From the human T2T-CHM13v2.0 reference genome, Homo sapiens: DNA of 64,000 nucleotides. The DNA lies in assembly GCF_009914755.1 (NCBI RefSeq), contig NC_060945.1. One strand, written 5' to 3'. Shown one piece after another: positions 28,937-47,144 of the stretch. Each line of letters opens with the position of its first letter. The stretch's first letter is position 1. Position numbers and translations under genes: made by a program. Below the pieces are notes generated by a model. It was not told the origin of the DNA, searched no databases, and worked only from the letters and a program-made list of their open reading frames with translations.

Positions 28937-29298
28937 TAGTGGGAAAAACCTGAAATACTCCAGGAATATTAGGATTGTCTCCAGGTAGAGTTAAGTTGGG
29001 GCAGAGTGAGAATGACACATATGAATATCATTAATTATTCACATATCCTTCCCCTTTACAGTCAATGATTATGCATTAATTACCTGGTCATCTGGCTAAG
29101 CCAAGCACTGAGGATAAAGGAATGATTTTTGCCATAACCTTTTTATGTAGATGTGGCCTTTATTATTATTCATCCTTGATGATGTCAGCCCCAGAACCAG
29201 GAACAGAAGCCCTCGGATGTAATTGAGTCCTATTTCCAAAATACTCCACTGTCCCACTGTCTTCTTACAGAGTCTGGAACTATGAATTGGAACTTCTT

Positions 29299-29585
29299 GC
29301 CTGCCTGCCTGCCTGCCTGCCTGCTTTCTTTCCTCCCTCCCTCCCTCCCTCCCTCCCTCCCTCCCTCCCTCCCTCCCTTCCTTCCTTCCTTCCTTCCTTC
29401 CTTCCTTCCTTCCTCCCTTTCTTTCTTTCTTTTTTTCTGATGGGGTCTTGCTCTGTTGCCTAGGCTGGAGTGCAGTGGTGTGATCATAGCTCATTGTAGC
29501 CTTGACCTTCTGGGCTCAAGAGATCCTCCCAGCCCACCCTCCCAAGTAGCTAGAGCTATAGGTGCATGCCACCATACCAGCTAGC
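29299..29585 (-). repeat. Compound (GCCT)n(CCCT)n(CCTT)n(CTTT)n microsatellite on the tail of an old Alu right arm
   Basis: Tetranucleotide blocks at 29299-29435 run directly into an antisense Alu arm. Confidence 0.9.
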
Positions 29586-30985
29586 TACGTATTGTTTAAT
29601 TGGGATCTATGGATTCTGTTTTCCATAGGAACAACTCTCTGAATTTTATAAATGAGATCGGTGGGGAAGAATGAGATTTTCTTTATAGGGTTTTTTTTTT
29701 TTAAGCTATCTTTGCTGTAATGTACCAAATCTAAGGGAGGATTACAAGTTATGTTACAGGTTTTTGGACTGAAAATCTTCTAAAGATAATAAGTCACCAG
29801 CCATGAAGACTTTATTCCTTCCCAAATCAGTATTCAACTTCAGACGAATTTTCTAGTCATCAAAGAAAGAGTGGACTTGCTGTGTTTCTGATTAATTTTC
29901 AGTGGCTTTCTTGTTAGAAAAACTAGCTTCTATTTCTGACTGTATCACTGAGCCACCGTGTGACCTTAAGTATGTTAAAACGCTTTGGGATATCTTGGTT
30001 TCACATTCTGTAAAGTGGAGATAAAACATATTGCATACATCTTTCAGAAACAACATGAGGATTAATGAGATAATGTTATTAGGCATATTAAAGTCACTCA
30101 ACTTTTTTCATACTTAGATTTCTAAATCATTTCCTAATACTAAAATAGGGTCAGGTATTAAAATAGAAAGCAAACGACTATGGAGGATTAAGATTATAGT
30201 GAGCTGTCATAGTTATTTCCCAAAAAGAATGAACAGATGACAAATAGGATTATGAAGCTTCTATATATAAATCCTATATATAAATCTTTCATTTTACTTT
30301 AATTCTATGTTTCACTAATACTTTGGAAGAGAGAATCTTTTAGAGTTCAAGGAATCTTGATCCATATGCCAGGCTGTCTGCTTAATTTAAAAATTACCGA
30401 AAGGAACTAAAACCTTACATTGTCAATAATAATTTGCTTTACTGGGTAATGAGGGTGTTATCCCTAAGCAAGCATTCAGCCCAGAGCCCAGCCGCTGGTA
30501 GAGTGTTATCTCTGGGACAACTCAGTCCTTGCTGGAGGAAACCCATGAACCAAAATTCAGAGGGGCTATCCATCACTGCTGGCCCATCCATCATGCTGTT
30601 GCTCCACCTTGAACAGGGAATTTGCCTGCCATGAATTTCATCATTGGCTGTATTTCCTAAGTCGAGGCTGGTAATCAGACAGGGTCACCCTGCAATCCCT
30701 TCTGGTGAGTGAGGCATCACGCGGCTGCATTTCTCTTCTGGATTGATGGCATTTCCCAGCATCTGGAGGTTTTAAAGGTATGAAAAGCAGCTTAGAAAAG
30801 GCCAAGGGAGCAGCTCTGCTAGCACATACGTGGACACAAACAATAGGAATTGGAGATTGGGTGGGAGGAGAGGGGCTGGAGGGTGGAAAAAAGAGGGAAG
30901 AGGAAAAGCAGAAAATAAAAAGAAAAAATATAAGTCAGGTGGGAGGAAGGAGATCACAGAATTCTACATAAAAGTAGGGATAAAG

Positions 30986-31351
<366 letters not shown>

Positions 31352-31518
31352 TTACGTTTATATTTACTGAGATGATAGGTTTGGGAGGTGGCAAGTCGAC
31401 CTGTACCTATTTTCTCAAGAGTGTTTCATTTTCAAGCTGTTTACTTATATGCACCCCATTGGAGCCTTTCCATAAGATAGGCCAATATTATCCCTTTTTC
31501 ATATGTTAAAATAAAAGA

Positions 31519-32240
<722 letters not shown>

Positions 32241-32244
32241 AGTA

Positions 32245-33758
<1,514 letters not shown>

Positions 33759-34209
33759 AAAAGATCAGATAGATAGTTTTTCTAAGGTCACATAGCAATT
33801 GACAAAAGAAGCCAACAGAGCACAGAGCAGCTGTGCTATCTTTGGCCTTCTGCCCAGTACCTTAGTCTTTCTCTAGCTTTAAGAGAAATGTTAAACACAG
33901 TGCCACACTGGATATGCATTCCAGAAGGTATTCACGTATTTAAATTGATGTCACAAAATACATGAACATCAGAAGGATGTGACCCAGAAAGAAATGATTA
34001 ATAATTCAATATTTTTATTAAACGGCAAATTTAGTTATAGGAAGATATTAAGTAAAATAAAAAATTAGCAGCATTTACTGTTTGTTTTACTTTTATATGT
34101 AGATGAGTAGAGTACAAATGTATATTCAACAGGCAAGAGGCATAGCATCAAACCTGAAATCAGAAGGTCTTGATTAAAGCCTCCCTTCCACTTCTAAGAT
34201 GCCTGGAAA

Positions 34210-34628
34210 TATGGTAGATTTGGTTAATTGTCCCCATAATTATCTCTCTTTTTCTTCTTGAGTTGTAGCCCCCCAGCTGGACTACATTCCCCAGCCTTCT
34301 CTAGGTTAGGAGTAGCCATGTGGCTAAGTTTGGTTAATGGGTTGCAAATTAAAATGATGTAGGCAATTGTGTACAATGTCCTTAACTATAAGACCCTGCT
34401 TCCTAATCTTTCCTCTTCTCTCTGGGCTGGCGTGCAGATGTGGTGGATCCTGTTTTTGCCTAATGACATGGGCAAACCCAAGAACAGCAAGATAGCAGCC
34501 TGGGCCCTCAATTTCATGACATCTTTTGACTGTTTCAGGAGAGAAAAATAAGGAATAATTTTTTTTGAGCTATTGCATTTTCGAAATCTTCTTGTAAAAA
34601 TAGCTTAGCTTGTGCCCTAACCAACACA
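34210..34628 (+). mobile_element. Old MLT1 LTR
   Basis: GACTACATTCCCCAGCCTTCTCTAGGTTAGG...GCCATGTGGCTAAGTT; ends CCCTAACCAACACA. Confidence 0.6.
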
Positions 34629-35265
34629 GTGAAATATGGGCAAGTCACCACCTCTCAAAACTTCCATTTCCTCACGTGTAAAATAAGGGCGATAATATCA
34701 AGCCTGGCAACACATGTAGCTGTTCTGAGTATTAAATAAAATCATATAGATCAGAGACGAATACATTGCGTAATATAAAATGTTATTTTATATTTTAGTA
34801 TTGCAGCTGCCAGAGGGGAGAAAATAAGATGAAGGTTTTATTTCTTATTTTGTACATAAACATTTTATTTTAGAATAAGCTAAGATTAATAGAGAATTAG
34901 CAAAATAAGTAGTGAGTTTCTGTATACCCCTCAATCAGTTTCTCTAATGTTAACCATTTACATTCTCATGACAGATTTGTCAAAACTAAAACCCAGCATT
35001 GGTACTTTACTACGCTTAGGTTATTTGGATGTCACTAGTTTTTCCATGAATGTCCTTTTTCTCTTCCAGGATCCAATGCAGGAGATAATATTGCATTTGT
35101 TGCCATTTCTTTTAGTCTGTTCTGTTCCGAATACTTTCTCAGTCTTTCTTTATTTGTCATGATCTTGACAAATTCAGGGAGTACTGGCCAGGTATTTTGT
35201 AGAAGGTTTCTCTGTTTGAGTTTGTGTTTTCATGATTAGATTGGGGTGATCGAGGTGGGGGGATG

Positions 35266-35662
35266 TGTATTAGTCTGTTCTCACATTGCTGTAAAGAAAT
35301 ACCTGAGACTGGGTAATTTATAAAGAAAAGAGGTTTAATTGGCTCGTGGTTCTGCAGACCGTCTGGGAAGCATGGCAGCTTCTGCTTCTGGGGAGGCTTC
35401 TGGAAGATTCCTGTCATGGCAGAAGGCAAAGGGGAGCCAGCGCTTCACATGGCCAGAGCAGGAGGAAGAGAGAGGAGGGAGGTGCCACACACTTTTCAAC
35501 AAGCAGATCTCACTATTGCAATGACAGCTCCAAGGGGAATGGCGATAAACCATGAGAAACTGCCCCCATGAGCTAATCACCTCTCACCAGGCCCCACCTC
35601 CAGCATTGGGGATTACATTTCAACATGAGGTTTGGACGGGGACACAGTTCCAACCCATACTG
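35266..35662 (-). mobile_element. MSTA/MSTB solo LTR
   Basis: TGTATTAGTCTGTTCTCACATTGCTGTAAAGAAATACCTGAGACTGGGTAATTTATAAAG. Confidence 0.9.
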
Positions 35663-36837
35663 GGGGAGGATTTTATTTTTAATGAAAAGGGTAATTCGGA
35701 ATAAAAATGCAGTGTGTGTGAGAGAATAAACCTCGTTTTTCAATTTGATTGCCTTATCAACTCTAATTGCTGTTCTAGGTAGTGTGCCCCTCTTGTAGAG
35801 TAGAATTGCTTACTCAAGTTCCATGAGGTACCTTTGAGAATCACCACAATGCATTCAGCCTCCTGTTTTTGTCCTGGTACCTCTGGAGAAGACTGAGCTG
35901 CTCTCTGCTGCTTCCTTGTCACAGTCATTCTGGAAAGATGTCTAAAAAGCACTGGGTTGTGAATCTGGAACTTGATAACAGGTAGACCAGTGTCTAGTCC
36001 AGTTGAACAGAAAAGAGTATATTTTAGAAAAACTGTCCATTGACAGCTTCGTACCACAGTGAACTGATCAGCAAATCCTCAACACATTGGGACGGTTTTA
36101 TTGTTATTGTTTTGTTTTTTTTAGAGTGAGGGAGGGAGGTTAGAAGGAAGGGCGAGAGGGAAAGAGGAACAGAGGACAATTAAAGCAAATGTGAATTATA
36201 GATGAGAAAAGAGATGGGACTTGGTGAATTTAGAATCTTAAGGAAAACTCTAGGTGAAGAGGGAGACTAAAATCTTTTCTTGGATGCTGACCTATAGTTT
36301 GACTCCCCAGATACAATAAGGAGAAAGCAGTATTTTGATTGGGACAGGAATTAACCTATTTCTTTCTATATTTACTTTTCAAGTTGAGCAAGATCTGGGA
36401 AAGGGCCTGCTAGCATATTTTGTTTTTACTATTTCAAACAAAGATATCCATCTTGAATGGCATTAGACTTTCAAAAAAATTTAGTGTGTTATTTCTTTCT
36501 GGCTATCCAAGGTCTTGATTATACAAAATTCCCATCAGAACACCCACACACTCTCTCTCTCTCTCTCCTATACTTAAGAAAAAAATCTAAATAGAGAAGA
36601 CTATGACTGAAGAGAGCTTAATTTTGATTAAATTTCGGGGTCCATTCTTTCAAGAGCTCTTTCAGCTAAATGCTCAAATCCAATCTGTGGGTAGCTCTCA
36701 GTATCTGTCTTTCTTTGAAGGTCCGGCTCTGCAAATCTTGTCCTGGCCTCCAAAGACAACATCTCAGAGGCCACTTGGTGTATTTCAACTTAATCTTTGT
36801 CCACACACTCCTTTCTCTACACTTGGCTTTCCTCTGA

Positions 36838-37241
<404 letters not shown>

Positions 37242-38039
37242 TGAACCTTCTTAAATGCATGTCTGTTCCATCCATTTCTTTCTATCTCTATTGGCAGGGT
37301 CTGGTACAAGCCACTACTGCTTTTCTCCTGGACTAATTCATAATCTCCAACAAAGCTAGAGTGTTATTTCTGAGACATAATTCTCTTTGTATCAGTTCTA
37401 CATGCTTTAAGCTTTTCATTGGCTTCATTTTTCTTTCCTTGAGGGCAGTCAAAATTCTGGAGAAAATTGCTGATAATAGATGTAGCCCTGTTAGATCTGG
37501 TTCACCCTTATTTTCCCGGTCAGAGCTCGTTGCATTCCCTCCTGCTGTCCTTATTCGCCATCTCTCCAGCTGCTTTTCCCCCTTGTCCTTCCCATCTCTC
37601 TCCACCACTGACACTGTAGTCACTCGTTTTAGTCCCTGGAGGATTCCCTGGTTTTGCTTTCTCTTCTCAAGGCTTTCAGTCAACACTCTCCAAATCCCCC
37701 TCCTTTTCCTCCTTTAGGATACTATGCTCTCGTTCAACCCCCAGGAAAATCTTCCTGACCTCCTCTTCTACTAATTTAGGTTGGTTTTCTCCACTGTGTG
37801 TCCATAGAACTCTAACTTTCCCTTTAGTAAATCATCCTTTTTTGTGATTGTTCATGCGCTTGTTTGTATTTCTCTTGGTATTTAACTCCTTGTTAAATAG
37901 TTTGTAAATAAATTTCTTAACCATTTCAAAGATGTACACATCCTAGAACCTCTCATGAACCACATTACAGAGGAACAGAAGATTCATTTGAGTTATGAAA
38001 TATGGCAAGTAAATGGTGGAAGGATCTATTACCTGTTGT

Positions 38040-38322
38040 TGTTGTTTTTGATACGGGGTCTCTCTCTGTTATCCAGGCTGGAGTGCAGTGGTGTGATCAT
38101 GGCTCACTGAAGCCTCCAACTCATGAAGTGATTCTCTCACTTCAGCTTCCTGAATAGCTAGTACTATAGGTGTACACCACCAGGCCCAGTTAGTTTTTAA
38201 TGCTTTGTAGAGATTGGGTCTCACTATGTTGCCCAAGCTGGTCTTGAATTCCTAGATCAAGTGATCCCCATCTCAGCCTCCCAAAGTGCTGGGACTATAG
38301 GCATGAGCCACTGCGTTTGGCC
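38040..38322 (-). mobile_element. AluJ
   Basis: Diverged dimer. Confidence 0.85.
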
Positions 38323-38644
38323 CTGGTTTTCCTTCTTAGTGCACAAGTTTTCTTTTACTACATACGTATTATTGATGACTGCTCCATATTGCACTGTAAA
38401 ATAGCTGCAACCTATAGGAAAATGTAGCAGTTTCTTTTTGATAGTATACTCGGAATTTAATTTTCTCTATTCCTCTTACCTACCCTAAGCGAGGGCCCAT
38501 AGTAGAAGGCACTGGATGTTGTAGTTTAACAAGTTATGATACTTATGTAGAGAATTAAGCATGCCTGGGATTACTCACAGAAAAATGACTGGCTGTAACC
38601 GACAACCTCGATTTTGTTATATGCCTGCAGAAGTAGTTATATTC

Positions 38645-38948
38645 TTTTTTTTTTTTTTTTTTTTTTTGAGACAGAGTCTCACACTGTCACCCAGGCTGGA
38701 GTGTAGTGGTGCGATCTTGGCTCACTGCAACCTCCACCTCCTGGGTCCAAGCGTTTCACCTGCCTCAACCTCCTGAGTAGCTGGGACTACAGGGGCGTGC
38801 CACCACACCCAGCTAATTTTTGTATTTTTAGTAGAGATGGCGTTTCACAATGTTGGCCAGGTTGGTCTCGATCTCTTGACCTCGTGATCCACCCGCCTTG
38901 GCCTCCCAAAGTGCTGGGATTACAGGCATGAGCCACCAGTGCCTGGCC
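38645..38948 (-). mobile_element. AluS
   Basis: Dimer with poly(T). Confidence 0.92.
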
Positions 38949-39871
38949 AGTAATATTCTTAAATTGATATCCAAATGCAGTTAACTGTAACAACTGTGAG
39001 AAGGGTTGCATGCTTCCAGAACGATGAATTATACATGAAGAGAAAAGTACAATTGTCAATTTTGGTAGAAATTTTAAAAAGATTTAGAATCTCTGATTTA
39101 GATGTGATAAAGGTTTCTTCTAAACACTTGACTCTTATGTTGAAGCCTTCAGTGTGTCTACACTTAACATTTCTATTCCTTTGCCTTCCATTTTCGTGAA
39201 TGTTGATATGTTTGATTATGAGTCTCTCCCCTTTGAAAACATTATGTATTTTCCCTTGACAATTTCTAGAGGAATAGTCTTCATTTTAAGTTATAAAACT
39301 GGTTTTAAGTTTAATCTTGACAAATTTCCTTTTGGAGCTAGAAATCTAGATGTTGTTCTTTGGAAGCTATTGAATATAATTAACACATTTCTGTCATCTC
39401 TACATATATCTACTCACATTTAGAGATAAAGTGCAATTATACCTATTTATAGTGTTATGTAACTAGGAGCCCGAGTTTTATCCCAACTGAACATAGTGTA
39501 TTGTGGAAAAACGCATAAGAATGTTTCTGTGTTTTTATCACGGCTATGATTGACTTGCTCTGACAGTCTATCCTCCTAATAAATGCAATATTACTGCTAA
39601 AATGTCCCCATTCGGCAGAAATGCATAAACAAGGAAGGGAAGTAATGTAATTTTAGTTTATATTTACCTTTGACTTGTGGTTCCCAGTTTTGGATGGCGG
39701 CCACAAAAAGCCAAGCAAATTCCCAGGACGCCAGGCCACAAGGCAGTTTCCGGCAACAGCAAGTGATTGCAGCTTTCTTAGAACTTTGCAAATATAACTT
39801 CTTCATAACAAGTATTTAAAGGCAAATAGAGTTACATTCTCTTGCTTATGAACACCTATCTTATAAACATC

Positions 39872-40293
39872 TGTTAAAAGAAAAGCTTTAGACAAATTAA
39901 ATGTAACAGCATTTAATTGAGCAAAGAACTATTTGTGCGTCGGGCAATCCTCAGAACCAGAACAGGTTCTGAAAGACTCCTGAGGCTGCCACATGGCTGG
40001 TTAATGTTTACAGGCAAAAAAAAAGGTAATTGAAGAACAGAAGATGGAAGGAGGGATACAGACGGCTCAGCCAGTTAAAGCTTGGTATTTGCCTGTTGAA
40101 CCTGGTTTGAATAGCTGGCCACCTGTGATTGACTGAAGCTCTGCTGCCGTGATTGGCCGAGACTCAGCTATTTGTTACAAAGGCAAATTCCTAAGTCAGG
40201 TTTTCAGTTGGTTTCCCTATTAAGTTAAGTTGCAGGTTGTCATGTAGGGCTCATATGGAGACTTCTAAAGCTTAAATTTAGTTTGATTTAACA
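39872..40293 (-). mobile_element. ERV1 (MER4-group) solo LTR
   Basis: TGTTAAAAG...TTTAACA termini, CATC/TATC flanks, ATTGG boxes. Confidence 0.7.
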
Positions 40294-40855
40294 TATCTCT
40301 TATGTGCACTTTCCTGTTGCTGCTGCCATGGTGCTCCCCTCCCTCCCTGGTGTTGGGGACTTTCTTATTCTGTTGGTCCAGCTGACAAAATCCTGTGGCT
40401 GTTCATACCCTTCACACATGCCTGCCACCTCCCCCTTTCCTAGTGCCACTGCTGGCGCTAATTGGTCTTGTCACCCCTCTTTTCTTGATGCTGGAGCAGA
40501 GTTGAGTTTCATAACTCTGGGCTTATGGACATTCCAGATAGAGCATGAACTGGAACTCTAAACGTGTTTTCCTTTGGGAATTCACATGGTAAACCACCTT
40601 ATTCATTGTGGAGGGTTGAATGGGTTTTTTCCTCTGCCTTAGAACTAAATCGTCACATGATAATGGTTGTGTGGAAAGTGTGTTAAACACTGACTTAGGA
40701 AGGTTGGATAGTAATTTGTGAAAAACTGGAATTGCCTGGGCCTCCAGCACTATTCATATTTATGTAGTATCTATATTAATATAGTAACAAAATGGATTAT
40801 GATTTTAAGAAATGTATCAGTTTTGAAACAAGCAAAACTACTATTGTATGAGTAG

Positions 40856-41670
40856 TGTAGGGGCAGAAAGATGTGATCCCTTTTTTTTTAAATCAATTAT
40901 AAGGGTAACAATCAACAGTCCTATAACAAAAACAGGTTTACAAGAGAAAAGCATAACAAATTTATTTAACCCAAGTTTTATGTGACACAGGACACTTCAG
41001 AAATGATGACTCATTGAGCTGGGGAAAATGGCCTACTTTTATGCTTAGGTTTGATGAAGAATGGACAGCCACGTAGAAATGTGATTGAACAAAAAGAGTA
41101 CATCTAGTGGTAATAGACTGAGAGAGGAAACATAGCAAGATCTGTCTGTTCAGATTCTTCTAGATGTCTCTGGGTAGCATTTCCCCTGAACCCCACTGTA
41201 TGGGGCAGAACTCCTCTGGAATGAGGGTCTTCAAGGAAGAAAGGAGAAGGCAGAGAGTAACCTTTCTGGGTTTTATGGTTTGCTTTGAAGAGAGGTTCTA
41301 GTTTCTATGACACACCTTAAGTAAGAGAAAAATCCTGGGGTTGGTGTGATGGCTCATGCTTGTAATCCCAACACTTTGGGAGGCTAAGGCAGGAGGATCA
41401 CTTGAGGCCAATAGTTTAGAACCAGCCGAGCAACATGGTGAGATCCTTTCTCTATTTAAGTATATTTTTTAAAATTAAAGATTAAAAAAAGGAAAGAGGA
41501 ATTCTGGTTTCTATTACTTGCTTTGAAGCAGAAAGAGGGATGGGAGACAGGAGGTCAGAGAGATTTTTGGTTCTGCGCTGCTTCTGAGGTCTTTCCATTT
41601 TCTTTAGTTCAAAGTACTCAGCATACCACAATGCCATACTTTGGGGCATCATTGTCTGAGTTTGCGAAAT
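40856..41670 (-). mobile_element. MER39-like ERV1 LTR with embedded Alu monomer (~41337-41490)
   Basis: Antisense of the LTR type at 54940-55562 (AAAGTACTCAGCATACCA...ATACTTTGGGG). Confidence 0.75.
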
Positions 41671-44600
41671 AGTATAGCAATCAACTCAAAAGTAAAACAC
41701 AAGGTTCGGTCGACTGGCATTTGAGTAGCCCTGTCCCATGTTTACAAAAGTGTTGGAATTCTAGAATTTTGCCAAAGGATACTCATGTGACAAATGCAGA
41801 ATCAAGATGACTGGGAATAATTTTCAGTTTGACCTTTCCCTTTTACCACTCCCATCTCTAAAACACACACATTTGGAAAGCAGATTTAGAAATATTCAAT
41901 GTTTTGTCAGGTTATCTATGCTTAAAAATTTATTTTTAAAGGAAATGTTGTCTATTGAGCCTGAATCACTATGCTCTTCAGGAATTTAGTAAGAAGTAAT
42001 TGGATGTGAAACAGAAGGTACAGGTGGTTGGGGAGTTCCTGTGACTTCAGGAATGAAGATGAATTTCATTAATTAAAATGAAATACTCAAAGTGGAAATC
42101 ACACAGGAAATAAATTGTTAGAGGAAATAGAAACTTCTTTGGTAAGAATTAAGTGATTAAGTGACTGAAAATGGTCTATCATATAACCATATAATTATAT
42201 GGATATTTTTTCTTTGATGAAAGGAAAACTGGTGATTTGGGGACTAAAAATGGGGGAACAGAGTGGGGAGAACAAGCTAGGTATAGGAAGGATTTTTATT
42301 CTGCAGCCAAAATCTTCCAATTGATGCCTTATCCTTTTGAAAGAATTATGAGGATTACATTTTCTCTAAAAGATGAAGTTTCAGTACATGATTCATGTCT
42401 TTTACTATTCGACTTTTACACTCTAAATTTATTCACTTAATAAAAGCAGCTCTACAGAAGGGTACCTTCAAAAGTATCAGGAGAATTATAAGTAGCAAGA
42501 AGATGGGACAAACTGAGAAGAAGCAGGGCAGGGAGGGAACGAGAGGAGCTGAGTGCAGAAAAGAAATTACTTCTTAGTACAGAAACGTCTGTTCACAGAA
42601 GAGAAAAAAGCGGGAGGGGCACCAAGCTTACAGAAAGGAAATCAAAGTCAAAATACCATGCCAAGCTAAAGAGAAGGCATGATTCAGAATCCAGGAAACT
42701 AAGTCTGGATTTAATGAATTTAATTTTCAAAGATTCAAGTGTGTATCAAGAGACTCCCACAGAAAAAGGCCAGGAAGGGTAACCAGAATTCCAGGCTAGC
42801 AGAACTCAGTTCCAATTATGGAGTGCCTGAAAAACACACCATGGGCCAAAAACTCTTCTGGGTTCATAGTGCAGAAGACACAGTCAGAGAGGTAAGTTGG
42901 CATGTGTGGGTGTCTAAAGGTTTAAGTGACAGAAGGGACAAACAGGCTAAGGTGTGAGTAGGCGGAGGGGAAGAAAATATCTCTTTTTCTACTCATCTTA
43001 GGTTCATGGGTGAGGCCCCTATAAGGCCCTTGGCTCCAAAAAGTTTTGCTGAAAATTATCAACATAAGGCAAATTGATTAATAAAAGAAAAGGCATACAA
43101 ATTTATTTAACATGTATACAAGAGAGCTTTCAGAATGAAGACCAAAAGATACAGAAGAAATTGTCCATTTTTACGCTTAGGTTTAACAAATTATGGACAG
43201 CCATACAGAAACAGGATGGAACAAAAAGAGTAGATTCTAATGTTAGTAGACAGAGCAGAAAACCCGGCAAGCCCTGTATAGATTCTTCTCAGCCTCTCTG
43301 AGCAAGCATTCCGTTCTTCTCAGTATGGGGAAGGGCCCTCTCTGGAATGGGATCTTATGACCTACAGTCAAACAAGGTAGGTCAGATAGTTTCTTTATGG
43401 CTAGTTTTACATAGAAAGGTGGAGGGAATATTAGAATAATAGTTTTAGGTTTTATGACTAATTTGGGGGAGAAGGGTTCTGGTTCTAAGACCCACCGGAA
43501 GGACGAAGGATTCTAGTTTCTATGGCTAGCCTTGGGAAAGAATGGGACTGAGAGATAGCAGGGCAGGAGAAGGTCAGAGAAAAACTTGCCTCTGAGGCTG
43601 CTGCTGAGGCCTTCATTTTGGGCTGTTGTTTTCTGATCCACAACATTCCCCATTGTGAAACTTTCCCAAGAAGTTTCATAGTTCAGAAATAGAGTTGCTG
43701 GATTGTCTTATAAGCTGTTAAACCAGTTTTTCAGCCCAGAGAATAGGCCAGTCCAGTTAAATAGTTAACAGTGAATCAGGCAGTGCTGTTGTTGATGGGC
43801 TTTCCCCAAAGTCAGTCCTCTATGTGATTTGAGCAATTGGATATTTAGTAAGAAGAACTTCTGTGCATATCAAAGAAAAACCAGAGTTAATGGTTAGAAC
43901 AAACTATAAACTCAGTTTTTTAGTCCAGAGGTCAGCCAGTTGAGAGGATTTTTAGATGTTGAGCTTGAAGCATGTTCAGATGAAGTCAGAGAAGATAGTG
44001 GCAATCTAGTTTGCAGTTTACATCAGATATTCCAGGAAACTTTCTGTGCAGTCAATACATCAACAAGCATGAAGACTGTTCAGATATTTAGTTGCTATAG
44101 TGATTTCTCTTAAAATTTATATCAAGTTGTCTAGCTTCAGCTCGTGGGGCTTTAGGAAAAAGCAGTTTTAATTTCAGTGATTCCAAGTCAGACATATGGG
44201 GAAAAATGAGAAATATTAGGTATAGACTTGTAACTACAGGAGAGTTCAGGATTGAGTCCAAATTGTAGATAAACAATAAAAACTGAAAAGCAATAGATGA
44301 GGTTATAATCTAATAATAGCTGTACTATAGTTTTTTTCTGAAACATAATTTCTTTCTCTCTGGTTTCCCATTTTTACTAAGGATGAATCACAATACAACC
44401 AATTTATTTGTAAAACAAGTTTTACTCTTATTATACTTGGCCTGATGATTTGCATAAAGTGCAGCAAGAATAGTGATTGGTCATATAGGCTCCTTTAAAT
44501 TGGCTTTGCTGAAACTTTTAAAATATGAAACCTCAAATTAGACTTTTAAAAGACCCTCTAGGTCAGCCAAGCTGATAATTTATTTGTGCCTGCAGATACC

Positions 44601-45499
44601 CGTATAAATTGGGTAAATTCTTCTCTTCTTGAGTTCCCAAAATAACTTGAGGTTCCTGGGCCGGTCAAGAAAGTGACATTCTTTACTTACCACAGGTCAG
44701 AAATTTTGTAAAGAAATTGCTTAGGCAAGGTAAGAGGCCAGTATTTTGAAGGGGTTTTTTATCAGTTCTATTAATTCACTTCAGTTCCTCAAAGCAGTCT
44801 GGTCATATGCCACTCCAGTCAAAGCCTTGGTAAAATAACCAGTGTTTCCAATTGTGTCCTGTTACAAAAGAAAACAGATTCTTATTGAATTTATGCAAAT
44901 AACTATATTGCCTTAAATTAAGAATACTCACAAATCATTTCAAATTCTGGAGAAATCTGGTAGAGAGAAAGAAAAATGCTTTCATTTTGCTTGCAAAAGT
45001 ATATTTTACCCAATTTGTTGTAAGTTATAAATAGCTTCAAAGAAAAAAAAGTTCTCTTTACCCTGGAAAACCAAACATTAATAGAATCAGCAATGTTTCT
45101 AACAAAAAAAGTCATTAAATTTATTTCAGACAATATGAATAATCATACCACAAAGTACCAAAAGGTATACCAGAGTCACTACACCAAGACCAGTCATATG
45201 CAAATGTTTTTCTTCCACTAATGAAAACTTTGCAGAGGAGACAAGTGGTCATTTTCATTGGCTGCCCAACCAGATTATACATAGAGAAAGGCTGGGAGTC
45301 TGACTGGTAGAAAAATTCTTATCTTTTTGCTGGCTTGTCAGGTTCTTGGGTTCTCATCTTTGTAGCTTCTAGAAGAGCAGAGCAGGTTTGATGATCCCGT
45401 TTGTAACACCAAACTACAGGAGCCAAGGCCGTTGGCCCCCTAAATTTTTGCTCGAAATCTCTGACGTGAGGCAGACTGATTAATAAAATAAAAATTTAT

Positions 45500-45785
45500 T
45501 TATTTTTTAAGACAGTGTCTTGCTCTGTTGTCCAGGTTGGAGTGCAATGGCATGATCTTGGCTCACTGCAGCCTCAACCTCCTGGGCTTCAGTGATCCTC
45601 TCACCTCAGCCTCCCAAGTAGCTCAGGCCACAGGGACCATGCCTGACTAATTGTTTATATTTTTTCTAGATATGGGGTGTCCCTATGCTGCCCAGGCTAG
45701 TCTTGAACTTCTGGGCTCAAGGGATCCTCCTGCTTCGGCCTCCCAAAAGTGGTGGCAATACAGGTGTGACCCACTGTGCCCCGCT
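45500..45785 (-). mobile_element. AluJ
   Basis: Diverged dimer inside the LTR. Confidence 0.85.
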
Positions 45786-45906
45786 TCAAATTTACTTAAT
45801 GGGTATAAATGAATCTTCAGAATGAAGAGCCAAAGATAGAGGAGAAATTGTCCATTTTTATGTTTAGATTTAACAGTTAGATAGCCATGTAGAAATGTGA
45901 TTGGAT

Positions 45907-46603
<697 letters not shown>

Positions 46604-46813
46604 CTAGATTCTTCTCAGCCTGTCCGAGCACACATTCCTTTCTTCTGGATATGGGGCAGGATCCTTTCTGGAACGGGGATCTTATGACCTGTAGTCAAAC
46701 AAGGTAGGTCGGATAATTTCTTTGTGGTCAGTTTTTACACAGAAAGGCAGAGGGAAAATTAGAATAATCGTTTGAGGCTTTGTAACTAACTCTGGGGAGA
46801 AGGGGTTCTGGTT

Positions 46814-46815
<2 letters not shown>

Positions 46816-46863
<48 letters not shown>

Positions 46864-47144
46864 AGACGGAGTCTCGCTCTGTCACGCAGGCTGGAGTGCA
46901 GTGGCGTGATCTTGGCTCACTGCAAGCTCCGTCTCCCGGGTTCACGCCATTCTCCTGCCTCAGCCTCCTAAATAGCTGGGGCTACAGGTGCCCACCACCA
47001 TACCCGGCTAATTATTTTGTATTTTTAGTAGAGACGGGGTTTCTCCGTGTTAGCCAGGATGGTCTCGATCTCCTGACCTCGTGATCTGCCCGCCTCGGCC
47101 TCCCAAAGTGCTGGGATTACAGGCGTGAGCCACCGCGCCTGGCC
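46816..47144 (-). mobile_element. AluY with a 47-nt pure poly(A)
   Basis: TSD AGGGGTTCTGGTTTCT at 46801-46816 and 47145-47160. Confidence 0.95.
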
